Assembly: GCA_964347785.1 (NCBI GenBank)
Contig: CAYFZH010000003.1
Span: 1 to 38,469, forward strand
DNA length: 38,469 nt
Direction: 5' to 3'
From: an uncultured Candidatus Saccharibacteria bacterium
GTDB lineage: Bacteria; Patescibacteriota; Minisyncoccia; Phycocordibacterales; Zambryskibacteraceae
A program made the position numbers and the translations under genes. Each line of letters opens with the position of its first letter. Within the stretch, counting starts at the first letter, position 1. Shown piece by piece: positions 25,992 through 34,859 of the stretch. The notes under the pieces are model-generated. The model made no database searches, was not told the origin of the DNA, and was given only the letters and a program-made list of their open reading frames with translations.

Positions 25992-27352
25992 GCCTTAGGG
26001 TCGAAGATCGACGGAGCGAGCTTCTCTCCATCGATAATCCTAGCAATCCTATCTCCTCCAAAGATAGATGGGAGGATACCTACTCCATTGCACCCGAGGT
26101 TATACAAGAGAACGGAGTTTCTCGGCTCAGTGCCGACTCGACGCACACCGTTTGGCGTATAGCCCATAAGCCCATGCCAAGTGAAGAGGTAGTCCACCCT
26201 CTTGTCTGCATTTATGCCATACAACTTGTGTAGAAACTTATCTATGGTGTCTTCTGCCTCTTCATATTCAAACTCGGGGAGATACTCCGCTCTGTCTGGG
26301 ATAGTCTGCTGAGGACCACCGAGACAGGTTAGGTCATGCTTGTTCTCGTTATACTCGTACGGACGACGCGTGAGATAGAAGTACGGATCATCCATATGCT
26401 CGAACTCCTCTTGGTCACCCATATAGTAACTGATAGCAGTCGGCGACTTACTGATCTTCTCCAAGTATCCAGACATACGTGCCACCACGCCGTGGATAGA
26501 ATGGTGGAAGCTGGTGTCGATCTCGAGTCCCTCCACGTCGAAGATCTTGATCCTATCGAAACCGTTGGTACACAAGACCACCTTCTCTGCAGTCACGGTA
26601 GAATGCAGAGCATCTAGGATGGCGAGACCGTCCCTGAGAACCACCTTGGGCACAAGCGTGTTCTCGAAGATCTGGAAACGCGTCTTGTATTTGTCCAAAA
26701 GATACATCGCCACCTCCTCGGTAAAGAGAGCTGAGTTTATCACTCCCTTCTGTGTTTCTATCAGTGCGGTGAACTCAAGATCCTTGGTCTCCAATCTTTC
26801 TAAAATCTCCTTGTGTGGTACGAAGTTATAAAACCCTTCATACCCCTCTGGGATAGCGTCCTTGGCAATCTTTTCCTCGGCGATAAGTAGTGGGGTCACC
26901 TTGAGTCCACCCTTCTGTCTCAAGACACTGTTCTTGAGCTCTGCGGTGATCTGCTCTAGTGTCGAGAAGCCAGCATACCCAGTAAACCTAGAGAACGGTA
27001 TATTGAGCCCCGCCTCAGTATAGATCTCGTCTAGAAGCTCCCAAGAAAGTTGCTCGATAGAGCGCTGACCCTCGGACGCCATCTCGAGTCCAAACTCTTC
27101 CACAAGCTCGTGGAACGAGCGCTCGAAGTAACTCGTCACCTGCCCAGCATTGTGCCCAGTAGCACCGTGACCGATGAGACTTCCTTCGAGCAAGACTACT
27201 CTCTTGTCTGTGTTCTTGAGGAGAAAGTATGCAGTAGCAATACCCGCGATCCCACCACCGATGATCGCCACCTCTGTTTCCAAATCTTGTTTCAGAGACT
27301 CTGGCTTCCTCTCCTTGTCTAGCTGGTGAAGCCACGGTGAATTATTCTTCAT
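25988..27352 (-). CDS. FAD-dependent oxidoreductase (DAO / glycine oxidase-like family)
   Basis: The N-terminal dinucleotide fold is VAIIGGGIAGIATAYFL. The ATG at 27352 lies 6 nt after TATAAT (27358-27363). The track start is a TTG at 27367. The 3' end overlaps the LOG gene stop by 4 nt, in convergent orientation. Confidence 0.8.
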   Translation of the reverse strand: MKNNSPWLHQLDKERKPESLKQDLETEVAIIGGGIAGIATAYFLLKNTDKRVVLLEGSLIGHGATGHNAGQVTSYFERSFHELVEEFGLEMASEGQRSIEQLSWELLDEIYTEAGLNIPFSRFTGYAGFSTLEQITAELKNSVLRQKGGLKVTPLLIAEEKIAKDAIPEGYEGFYNFVPHKEILERLETKDLEFTALIETQKGVINSALFTEEVAMYLLDKYKTRFQIFENTLVPKVVLRDGLAILDALHSTVTAEKVVLCTNGFDRIKIFDVEGLEIDTSFHHSIHGVVARMSGYLEKISKSPTAISYYMGDQEEFEHMDDPYFYLTRRPYEYNENKHDLTCLGGPQQTIPDRAEYLPEFEYEEAEDTIDKFLHKLYGINADKRVDYLFTWHGLMGYTPNGVRRVGTEPRNSVLLYNLGCNGVGILPSIFGGDRIARIIDGEKLAPSIFDPKA

Positions 27353-27373
27353 CCATCTATTATACAAACAAAC

Positions 27374-27403
27374 AGCCGGTAGCGCCTAAGGGCGCTACCG
27401 GCT
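27374..27403 (-). terminator. Rho-independent terminator after the 134-aa orphan
   Basis: The perfect 13-bp stem AGCCGGTAGCGCC-TAAG-GGCGCTACCGGCT is followed on the minus strand by GTTTGTTTGT. Confidence 0.7.
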
Positions 27404-27412
27404 TCAAACTTC

Positions 27413-27817
27413 TTATGCCTCAATCAAGGCATAGATCCCGCCAGGATCTCTCTGACCACGGAGCTCGAGAGCCCGAGCCACTCCGATCTGAGCGATCTCC
27501 TGTACGTAGCGCTCGAAGAACGCTACGTCTGAGACCATCCTCTGAGTGAGGCGTACGGTGGTGTCACCGAGCGTCGTCCAGCGTGGAGCCAAGAGTTCTT
27601 CTCTGGGATCGACGAGCGACCAGATTCTCTCCGGACTGTCGAAATCGAAAAGTGCCACAGAAGGACTCATACGACTCGAGAGAAGCTCGTACTCGCTCGG
27701 TGATGAGAGTCTCAGTACTGTGTGACCAAGCTTCTCAAGCTCGCTGAGGACACGCAGAGCGACAGGATTCTGTTCGCCGTGCGGGTTAAAAACAGTGAAG
27801 AAAAGACCTTTTCCCAC
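27413..27817 (-). CDS. Hypothetical protein, about 134 aa, orphan
   Basis: The GTG at 27817 lies 5 nt after AGGAGGTG. The track uses the GTG at 27823, which abuts the SD. The gene is GC-rich, has no recognised motif, and has its own terminator. Confidence 0.55.
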   Translation of the reverse strand: MGKGLFFTVFNPHGEQNPVALRVLSELEKLGHTVLRLSSPSEYELLSSRMSPSVALFDFDSPERIWSLVDPREELLAPRWTTLGDTTVRLTQRMVSDVAFFERYVQEIAQIGVARALELRGQRDPGGIYALIEA

Positions 27818-27894
27818 TAACACCTCCTGTAGATGGGTACAAAACTTAGGATAAGTTACCCCAACACACCATATTTAGCAACACCAAATCAAGC

Positions 27895-27923
27895 TTGACA
27901 TTAGGTACAAAATATGATAAGAT
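27895..27923 (+). promoter_or_regulatory. Consensus-like promoter TTGACA-17-TAAGAT with extended TG
   Basis: TTGACA at 27895-27900, a 17-nt spacer ending in TGA, and TAAGAT at 27918-27923. The 5' UTR hairpin AGGGGT-AGC-ACCCCT follows. Confidence 0.55.
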
Positions 27924-27982
27924 AGAGAACAGGAAGGGGTAGCACCCCTCAAAGTTCACCCACATTCAAAAGGAGGCCTCTC

Positions 27983-28699
27983 ATGGCCGGATACATCACC
28001 ATCTTCATCGGCATGATTGCCGAAGGGGTCGTCATCTACTCAGTGAAGAACAACACATGGTCGCCCATCACAGGGCTCGCCATCGGCGTAGTCATCGTCG
28101 CCATCATGGCGGTTGTCTGGTTCGCACATCAAGCGATCATCGACGCCGCCGGTAGGTTCGGGCTCGCCGTCGTGGACTTCTTCAAGAACAACTGGAAGAA
28201 GATCCTGAAGTGGCTCTTCGTTCTGAGTGCCGTCGCGCTGACTATCTACATGATCTGGGTCATTGCGGTGGCGTACGACAAGCGCTCACCTGCTACCCCT
28301 GCCCGCGCTCCGGCAGCCTCAGCAACAAGTGCCCCCACGACAACTGGCGCAGAACCAGATCACGTCACGGCACGTACCGGTGTCTGGTCACCAGTGACTC
28401 GTATCACGATGGACAGGCAGGTCCTCTGGGATCCTGCCCGAAACGTCGGGTTCATCATCCGGACGAACTCCGGTGAGGAGTATGAATACCCGAGAGATCC
28501 CGAAGGGCACAGACTCACGGCGTGTGAACGCCACGTCTACATCCCCGAGGCCGTCTCGAGCTTCCAAGTGAAGCTCATCGAAGGGGAGGAACCGACAGCA
28601 CTCCGACTTGCGTGGTCAAAATACACCCCTGGTGGTCCGTGCCATCAGACAGAAGCCACCACAACTCCAGAGGAGGAAGAACCTTTGGAGGAAGCTTAA
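27983..28699 (+). CDS. Hypothetical membrane protein, 238 aa, orphan
   Basis: AAGGAGG lies 6 nt upstream of the ATG. About three N-terminal TM helices are followed by a P/A/T-rich linker (PATPARAPAASATSAPTTTG) and a ~110-aa C-terminal domain with an acidic tail. The gene is GC-rich. Confidence 0.65.
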   Translation: MAGYITIFIGMIAEGVVIYSVKNNTWSPITGLAIGVVIVAIMAVVWFAHQAIIDAAGRFGLAVVDFFKNNWKKILKWLFVLSAVALTIYMIWVIAVAYDKRSPATPARAPAASATSAPTTTGAEPDHVTARTGVWSPVTRITMDRQVLWDPARNVGFIIRTNSGEEYEYPRDPEGHRLTACERHVYIPEAVSSFQVKLIEGEEPTALRLAWSKYTPGGPCHQTEATTTPEEEEPLEEA

Positions 28700-28718
28700 A
28701 ATGCTTCCTTGTTACCGC

Positions 28719-28753
28719 AAGGCGCCCCGTCGATCTCGACGAGGCGCCTTTTC
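28719..28753 (+). terminator. Rho-independent terminator
   Basis: AAGGCGCCCCGTCGA-TC-TCGACGAGGCGCCTT (15-bp stem, one mismatch) is followed by TTCTC. Confidence 0.6.
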
Positions 28754-28771
28754 TCATACCTCAAACAGAAG

Positions 28772-29038
28772 TTAGAAGTTCAGGTAAGTTGGGTTAGGGA
28801 TACCAAACGTTCCCAGCACTAGTCTGATCAGTCCGTAAGCCGAGAACATGATAAACATCCCGAAGAGTCCGTAGAGGATCTTCTTCTTCCCTTCTTCTCT
28901 CTTGGCATCAGCAGTCTCTGAGTTCACGAACTGGAAGATCCCCCAAAAGAAGACGAAGAGGGCCAAGACGAACGCAAACCTGATAATAGGGTTTATGATC
29001 ACCCCATTGATCTTATTGAGGAACGGTATGATCGACAT
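28772..29038 (-). CDS. Small two-helix membrane protein, VirB2/TrbC-like pilin candidate (paralogue 1)
   Basis: FVLALFVFFWGIFQFV - charged loop SETADAKREEGKKK - ILYGLFGMFIMFSAYGLI. It aligns with paralogues 2-4. The ATG is at 29038; the track uses a TTG at 29041. Confidence 0.6.
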   Translation of the reverse strand: MSIIPFLNKINGVIINPIIRFAFVLALFVFFWGIFQFVNSETADAKREEGKKKILYGLFGMFIMFSAYGLIRLVLGTFGIPNPTYLNF

Positions 29039-29050
29039 CAAGAGAAGAGA

Positions 29051-29386
29051 CTAGATTCCTGGAACTCTAGGTACTGAGATACTATCACCCTGTCCGACAC
29101 CTACAGCCACACCTATCCACCTCACTAGACCCCAGACAGAGACCATGACGAAGAGAGCCACAAGGCCCCAGATCATAAAAGAGGATCCTTCCTTCTTTGC
29201 ATCATCACCACCGAAGATAAACTTAACCAGACCCCAGAAGAACGAGAGGAGTCCTAGAGCAATAAGAATAGGTAGAGCTGTCTCTATGAGGTTACCGATA
29301 GCAGTAAGGATAGAGCTTACGTTCGACAACTGAGCAGATGCACCGAGAGGGGCGAGAGCGAGGGCAGTAATAATAAATTTTTTCAT
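29051..29386 (-). CDS. Small two-helix membrane protein with signal peptide, pilin candidate (paralogue 2)
   Basis: Signal-like MKKFIITALALAPLGASA, then LPILIALGLLSFFWGLVKFIFGGDDAKKEGSSFMIWGLVALFVMVSVWGLV. Confidence 0.65.
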   Translation of the reverse strand: MKKFIITALALAPLGASAQLSNVSSILTAIGNLIETALPILIALGLLSFFWGLVKFIFGGDDAKKEGSSFMIWGLVALFVMVSVWGLVRWIGVAVGVGQGDSISVPRVPGI

Positions 29387-29489
29387 TTTCTAAATCTAAT
29401 TTAATGACTAGTTTCTAATTTCATACCTACACGGTATATGTATATGATACGTCAAGCAAAGCATCTCGCAAGACTCTTATCCCCTACCT

Positions 29490-30002
29490 CTACCTCCAGA
29501 TCTGCCACCAAGCCGGTTGGTTGGGAGCCTCTGGGATGTTGCCGGCTTCTGGTTGGCTGGGTCGATAGTTTAGATAATTGAAGTCGTTAGAAGGCAGGTT
29601 GCCCGCTTCTGGTTGGTTGGGTTGGTTCAAGAGATGGTTGAAGTTGCTTGACGGAAGGACTCCTGCCTCCGGTGTCCTTGGTAGCCAGTTAAGGTAGTTG
29701 AAGTCAAACCTCGATGGAGTTACTCCTGCTTCTGGCGCATTTTGTGTCGCGGTCATAGGCAGGTCGAAGGCCTTCTGAATAAACGCCACCAGTCCCCAGA
29801 TAGAAAACATGACGAAGAGTGAGACGAGCCCCCAGACCATGAGACTCCGACCTTCCTCAACCTTGCCCTCACCACTCCCAAGTTTGAAGACAAACCGCAC
29901 CAACCCCCAGAGGAAGACGACGAGTGCCACAGATGCAAGCAGGGCAATACTCTGGTTTATGAGCGCGCCTGTCTGGACTATCAGTGTGGCGAGAGTGGGC
30001 AT
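29490..30002 (-). CDS. Two-helix pilin candidate (paralogue 3) with a C-terminal tandem-repeat tail
   Basis: The core is LLASVALVVFLWGLVRFVFKLGSGEGKVEEGRSLMVWGLVSLFVMFSIWGLV. It is followed by four 20-21-aa PEAG-initiated repeats. Confidence 0.65.
   Translation of the reverse strand: MPTLATLIVQTGALINQSIALLASVALVVFLWGLVRFVFKLGSGEGKVEEGRSLMVWGLVSLFVMFSIWGLVAFIQKAFDLPMTATQNAPEAGVTPSRFDFNYLNWLPRTPEAGVLPSSNFNHLLNQPNQPEAGNLPSNDFNYLNYRPSQPEAGNIPEAPNQPAWWQIWR
29493..29735 (-). repeat. In-frame tandem repeat, 60-63 bp, about 4 copies
   Basis: The protein repeats are PEAGVTPSRFDFNYLNWLPRT, PEAGVLPSSNFNHLLNQPNQ, PEAGNLPSNDFNYLNYRPSQ and PEAGNIPEAPNQP.... The DNA motif GCC(G/C)GCTTCTGG recurs at 29541 and 29601, with diverged copies near 29662 and 29725. 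Confidence 0.8.
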
Positions 30003-30004
30003 GG

Positions 30005-30301
30005 TTAGAAAGCGGGTCCGTAAGTCTGTGGTAGAAGGGGCACTCCGATACTAGGACCGAAGCCGATGTCTCTGTAGAAGAACTGGATGATCCCGTAGAC
30101 CGAGATCATGACGAAGAGTGCTAGTACTCCCCAGAGGAGCAAGCTCTTACCCTCAGCGAGACCCTTGGTGTCTCCAGACTTCATGATAAACGTGACTATA
30201 CCCTTGAAGAAAACAAGGAGTGTGAGCGCCACCACCACCGGTATCGCCAGGGTGAGTAGGTTGGTAAAGATTCCTAGAAGGCTAGTGAGGTCTGTAGGCA
30301 T
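30005..30301 (-). CDS. Small two-helix membrane protein, pilin candidate (paralogue 4)
   Basis: IPVVVALTLLVFFKGIVTFIMKSGDTKGLAEGKSLLLWGVLALFVMISVYGII. There is a 2-nt gap to paralogue 3. Confidence 0.6.
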   Translation of the reverse strand: MPTDLTSLLGIFTNLLTLAIPVVVALTLLVFFKGIVTFIMKSGDTKGLAEGKSLLLWGVLALFVMISVYGIIQFFYRDIGFGPSIGVPLLPQTYGPAF

Positions 30302-30304
30302 AGG

Positions 30305-30733
30305 TTAGACGATGAGCTGGTCCACTGTCGCCTTGATCACGTTGGCGAAGACCCATGCACCGAGAAGAAGTGCTGTGCCTATGGCGGTATAGAGAAGTGC
30401 TCTGTGAGCTTCCTCTATCGCACTCTTGTCTCCCTGAGCCATGACGTACTTGAAGCCCGAGTAGATAAAGGCAAGTACAGCAAGCACGGCTCCAAGAGGC
30501 AGGATGACATTGTCTATGATCATCTTGAGGAAGGTGAAGAGGGTGCAATTATTACCGCAAGCAAGAGGGTTATCGATGGTGATATTAGAAGAAGCTGGAG
30601 GGTTACCTGCTCCACCAGCACCTGGAGTACCAGCTCCTCCGGCACCAGGGTTGCCAGCATTAGCAAAAACAGTCACCCCTCCAGAAAAAGTCAGGGTGAG
30701 AATGATAAGCGAATTTATTAAAATTTTCTTCAT
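30305..30733 (-). CDS. Secreted or membrane two-helix protein with a Gly/Pro/Ala low-complexity N-region, divergent pilin candidate (paralogue 5)
   Basis: Signal-like MKKILINSLIILTLTFSGGVTVFA, then GNPGAGGAGTPGAGGAGNPP (about 30587-30655) and the Cys pair ACGNNC. Two hydrophobic helices are split by MAQGDKSAIEEAHR, a TrbC/VirB2-like topology. Confidence 0.6.
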   Translation of the reverse strand: MKKILINSLIILTLTFSGGVTVFANAGNPGAGGAGTPGAGGAGNPPASSNITIDNPLACGNNCTLFTFLKMIIDNVILPLGAVLAVLAFIYSGFKYVMAQGDKSAIEEAHRALLYTAIGTALLLGAWVFANVIKATVDQLIV

Positions 30734-30743
30734 AATTAATTTA

Positions 30744-31094
30744 CTACTGAACTACTGGAGTACCAAGTAGTGTATAACCTGAACTCAAGAGCACATTGGT
30801 AATAGTATAGATGATAAGCCATGCTGAGAGTATCACTACGTAGCCTGTGACAACCTTGCCCAGTATATCCTTGGCCTTATCCAAGGCGCTCTTGTTGCCG
30901 TTGGAGGTGAGGAGAAGGAAGCCTGCGTAGCAGAAGGCAACCACCGCAAGGAGGGTTGCGATGAGGACGAGGTCGGTGATGAGGTTCTTGATCAAGTGTA
31001 TGAGGTCGGCAAACCCGCACTCGTGTACATATGCACTATTAACTCCTTCCCCAGGGGTTACTCCACATATCACTAGATCTTGCCAAACTGCCAT
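30744..31094 (-). CDS. Two-helix membrane protein with a Cys-containing N-region, divergent pilin candidate (paralogue 6)
   Basis: ICGV...HECGF in the N-region, then LVLIATLLAVVAFCYAGFLLL - TSNGNKSALDKAKD - GKVVTGYVVILSAWLIIY. There is a 1-nt gap from the upstream SBP gene. Confidence 0.55.
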   Translation of the reverse strand: MAVWQDLVICGVTPGEGVNSAYVHECGFADLIHLIKNLITDLVLIATLLAVVAFCYAGFLLLTSNGNKSALDKAKDILGKVVTGYVVILSAWLIIYTITNVLLSSGYTLLGTPVVQ

Positions 31095-31095
31095 A

Positions 31096-32379
31096 TTATT
31101 TGATTAAAGCGTCTAATTGATCATTGGCCTTGCTGACCGCCTCGGTCGTCCTTGCTCGTCCAGAGGTCACTGTGTCTATCATATCAGCAAAGATCTTCTC
31201 ACTACTCACAGCATCTGGGTCAAGCCAACTCCTAGCTTGAAGCGCTCCGCCAAAGAAGACTGGGAAGACAGCATCAGTCGGTCTCTGAGAGAGAAGGTCT
31301 CTGCGAGCTGGAGCAAGCCACATAGTGGACCAGATAACTGCAGAACTCTCTGCCGAGACTAGTCTGAAGGCTGCCGTGAGAGCTGCAGAAGGGTTTCTCG
31401 ACCCTCGGGAGAGGGAGACTGCACGCACACTCGCGACTGTGAGAGTCCTACCAGAGACGCGCGACTGGGGCACAGGAGCGACAGCGAAGTTTAGAGTCGG
31501 GTTCTTGCTCCTTAGAGTGCGGAGCTCAGAAGCAAATCCTAGGTAGTACACCAAGTCTCCCGAGGCAAACCTGCTTTGTGCCTCTGGTAATGTCCTATTC
31601 CAACTATAGTAAGCCTTGGTCGGGTTTGAGAACTGAGTATAGAAGTCTACCGCCGAGACAGCAGGTAACACAGGAGCGTCGAGGAACTGGTTGAGATACG
31701 AGGCAGTACGCCCACCTAGAGAGCCGACGATAGGGTTACCAGCTTGGATCATGAGGAGTGAGAGGATGTCCTTGGAGTTCTTGATATTCTTGGTCTCACC
31801 GAGAGCGATAGCAGACTGAGTCAGGTTCCCTGCTTGGTCACGCTGGGAGAGATCGAGGGTTTGTTTGTAGAGTTCGTCCCAATATGAGATAGGTTTAGCA
31901 AGACCTGCCTCAGAGATGAGATCTCGGTTGTAGTAGAGGACGAGAGGATCTACAGACAAAGGTAGACCATAGACGCCATCACTCGCAAGGTAGATCTCCC
32001 CCGCTTCTACAAATGTATCCTTGAAGGTCCTCTCAGAGAGGCTCTGGTAAGGGATGGGGATGAGCTTGCTCCTGTTCTTCCAAAACTGGTCTTGAGAGAG
32101 GATGATGAGGTCTGGACCACTACCAGAAGCAAGAGCCTCGGTGAAGTCTCTCTCGAGGGTGCTGGCTGGTCTCTCGACATAAGACAGTGTAAGGCTCGTG
32201 TCACTAGAGAAGGGGGCTGAATTTAAAAGTGTGTTGATGTCCTGAGACGGTATGTCGCCCCAGATGACCACTCTCGCTTGAGTCGAACTCGCACCACCAC
32301 GATATAGAGCAAAGACTGCCACAGCCACCAAGATAAAAAATCCGAAAACGCACAGGAGAATAATCTGAAACTTAGTCAT
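31096..32379 (-). CDS. Membrane-anchored extracellular solute-binding protein homologue (family 1 / sugar-type SBP fold); no ABC partner genes in the window
   Basis: The N-terminal TM is IILLCVFGFFILVAVAVFAL. VVIWGD, GSGPDLIILSQDQ and GVYGLPLSVDPLVLYYNRDLISEAGLAKPISYWDEL are typical SBP_bac_1/8 patterns. Confidence 0.7.
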   Translation of the reverse strand: MTKFQIILLCVFGFFILVAVAVFALYRGGASSTQARVVIWGDIPSQDINTLLNSAPFSSDTSLTLSYVERPASTLERDFTEALASGSGPDLIILSQDQFWKNRSKLIPIPYQSLSERTFKDTFVEAGEIYLASDGVYGLPLSVDPLVLYYNRDLISEAGLAKPISYWDELYKQTLDLSQRDQAGNLTQSAIALGETKNIKNSKDILSLLMIQAGNPIVGSLGGRTASYLNQFLDAPVLPAVSAVDFYTQFSNPTKAYYSWNRTLPEAQSRFASGDLVYYLGFASELRTLRSKNPTLNFAVAPVPQSRVSGRTLTVASVRAVSLSRGSRNPSAALTAAFRLVSAESSAVIWSTMWLAPARRDLLSQRPTDAVFPVFFGGALQARSWLDPDAVSSEKIFADMIDTVTSGRARTTEAVSKANDQLDALIK

Positions 32380-32420
32380 AGACTAATTCTATAACAGAAT
32401 TAGCTAGAAACTATCCCCAA

Positions 32421-34859
32421 TTATAGACAGATGAGTGATGCAAGTGAGTCCCCTTCGCGGAGCTTCATGATACGCACGCCTTGAGTCTGTCGTCCGAGGA
32501 CAGGAACTTCCTTGAGATCGACACGGACTACTTGAGACTTCTTGGAGATAGCGATGACCTCTTCCTCAGCCTCTGTCACCACTTGAGAAGAGATGACTGA
32601 GCCAGTCTTGGTAGTGACCTTGGAGGTAAGGATACCTGAGCCACCACGACCTTGAACCTTGTACTCGGAGAGTGCGGTGCGCTTGCCGTAACCATTGGCA
32701 GAGATGACGAGAAGGTGACCACTCTTCCACTCCTTCTTTATAGTATGAGCTCCGATAACAGAGTCCCCCTTGCCGAGCTTGATCCCGCGGACTCCACCAG
32801 CAGCACGACCCATCTCGCGGATGTCAGCTTCCTTGAAGCGGATAGACTGACCGTCTTGAGTCACCACTGCGACATCGTCTCCCTTCTCTACACCCTGCAC
32901 GGAGATAAGCCTGTCACCCGGAGCGAGCTTGATAGCGATGATGCCAGAGGAGCGCACATCGGTGAAGCTCTTGGCAGAGACCTTCTTCGCCGTACCCTCT
33001 GCAGTGACCATGATGAGTGAGCCCACGATGTTCTTCTGCTCCTTGGGCATTGGGAGGATAGAGGTCACCTTCTCGTCGTCTTGGAGAGAGATGAAGTTCA
33101 TGATGCTCTTACCACGAGTAGCGCGCTTGCCCTCTGGGAGGTCATACATCTTGATCTGATACGCCTTACCCTTGTCGGTAAAGAAGAGTAGGTCATCGTG
33201 AGTAGAGGCGGTGAGGAAACTCGTGACGAAGTCCTCCTCCTTGGTATCGAGGTCGACCACACCCACTCCTCCACGCTTCTGACGCTTGTACTCGTCTGGG
33301 TTGGTGCGCTTGATGTAACCTCCGGAGGTCAGCACGAGGGCATTCTCCTCCTCTGGGACCAAGTCCTCGACAGAGAGGTTCTTGACCGCACCCTTCATCA
33401 CTCTCGTCCGACGCTCGTCTCCGTACTTCTCCTTCACATCCTCGAGTTCCTTCCTTACCACTTGGAGAATCTTCTTGGTCGAGGAGAGAAGGTCCTTGAG
33501 GAAGGCGATGAGAGCTTGGACCTCGGCGAGCTCGTCCTCGATCTTCTTCCTCTCGAGTCCAGCAAGCTTCTGCAAACGCATCTCGAGGATGGCGCTGGCT
33601 TGGATCTCGGAGAACTTGAACTTCTTCATCAGGTTCTCTCGAGCATCGTCTACTGACTTAGAGGCCTTGATGATCTTGATCACCTCGTCGATATGGTCGA
33701 GTGCCTTAGAGAGACCGAGGAGGATGTGCTCTCGCTCCTCTGCACGAGCTAGGTCGTAGGCAGAGCGACGGCGCACGACTTCTTGTCTGTGCTTAAGGAA
33801 CTCTTCGAGGATCACCTTGAGAGAGAGCGTCTGAGGCACTCCGTCGACAAGAGCGACGAGGTTGAGGTGGAAGGTGTCCTCAAGCTGGGTGTGCTTGTAT
33901 AGAGAGTTCAAAATCTTCTGAGGCTGACTACCGACCTTGAGGTCGATAGCGATACGGATATCCTTGGCTGACTCGTCGCGGAGACCCTTGATACCCTCAA
34001 TCTTCTTCTCTCGGTGGAGCTCGGCGATCTTCTCGATAAGGTCTGCCTTGTTTACACGGTAAGGGATCTGGGAAATGATGATTTGGAAATTGCCCGCCTT
34101 GTTCTCGACGATATCTGCTACACCTCTTGTGACTATAGGACCTCGGCCAGTGGCGTAAGCGTGGTGGATATCCTTCTCGTTGAAAATAACTCCGCCAGTA
34201 GGGAAGTCAGGTCCCTTGATAAACTCCAGAAGATCCTCGGTCGTAGCGTCTGGGTCCTGAGAGAGAGTGATGGTGGCGTCGATAACCTCGTTTAAGTTGT
34301 GAGGAGGGATGTTGGTTGCCATACCGACGGCGATACCGAGCTGGCCGTTGAGCAAGAGGTTCGGAGCCGCAGCTGGGAGTACCTTCGGCTCCTCCTTGGT
34401 GCCGTCGTAGTTGGGTTGGAAGTCGACAGTGTCCTTGTCGATATCCTTGAGCATTTCCCCTGCGAGCTTGCTCATCTTCGCCTCGGTGTAGCGGTAGGCG
34501 GCAGCACCGTCTCCGTCGATAGAGCCGAAGTTACCCTGTCCGATGATGAGCGGGTAGCGCATAGCGAAGTCCTGTGCCAAGCGCACCATCGCGTCATAGA
34601 CCGCCACGTCGCCGTGTGGGTGGTAGGATCCGATCACGTCTCCGACGACGGTTGCTGACTTCCTCGTCTTGCCACCAGCGGTGAGACCCTTCTCATTCAT
34701 CGAGTAGAGGATGCGTCGGTGGACCGGCTTCAGACCGTCACGCACGTCTGGGAGAGCACGGTCGGTGATCACCGACATCGCATAGTCGATGAAGGACTCC
34801 TTCATCTCGGTCGTGATCGACTGGGCTATGACTCTTTTGTTTTCTTCGTTAGGGGACAT
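32421..34859 (-). CDS. gyrA: DNA gyrase subunit A
   Basis: [28 protein letters not shown], the active-site region [11 protein letters not shown], and a C-terminal beta-pinwheel repeat region. Confidence 0.95.
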   Translation of the reverse strand: MSPNEENKRVIAQSITTEMKESFIDYAMSVITDRALPDVRDGLKPVHRRILYSMNEKGLTAGGKTRKSATVVGDVIGSYHPHGDVAVYDAMVRLAQDFAMRYPLIIGQGNFGSIDGDGAAAYRYTEAKMSKLAGEMLKDIDKDTVDFQPNYDGTKEEPKVLPAAAPNLLLNGQLGIAVGMATNIPPHNLNEVIDATITLSQDPDATTEDLLEFIKGPDFPTGGVIFNEKDIHHAYATGRGPIVTRGVADIVENKAGNFQIIISQIPYRVNKADLIEKIAELHREKKIEGIKGLRDESAKDIRIAIDLKVGSQPQKILNSLYKHTQLEDTFHLNLVALVDGVPQTLSLKVILEEFLKHRQEVVRRRSAYDLARAEEREHILLGLSKALDHIDEVIKIIKASKSVDDARENLMKKFKFSEIQASAILEMRLQKLAGLERKKIEDELAEVQALIAFLKDLLSSTKKILQVVRKELEDVKEKYGDERRTRVMKGAVKNLSVEDLVPEEENALVLTSGGYIKRTNPDEYKRQKRGGVGVVDLDTKEEDFVTSFLTASTHDDLLFFTDKGKAYQIKMYDLPEGKRATRGKSIMNFISLQDDEKVTSILPMPKEQKNIVGSLIMVTAEGTAKKVSAKSFTDVRSSGIIAIKLAPGDRLISVQGVEKGDDVAVVTQDGQSIRFKEADIREMGRAAGGVRGIKLGKGDSVIGAHTIKKEWKSGHLLVISANGYGKRTALSEYKVQGRGGSGILTSKVTTKTGSVISSQVVTEAEEEVIAISKKSQVVRVDLKEVPVLGRQTQGVRIMKLREGDSLASLICL

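Noticed and set aside
28772-31094. Interpreting the six small membrane proteins as type IV (PilA-like) pilins or as holins
   Set aside because: No prepilin leader or G/FxxxE cleavage motif is present, and the proteins have two hydrophobic helices rather than one N-terminal helix. There are no adjacent lysin or phage genes to support holins. The VirB2/TrbC-like topology fits better but remains unverified.
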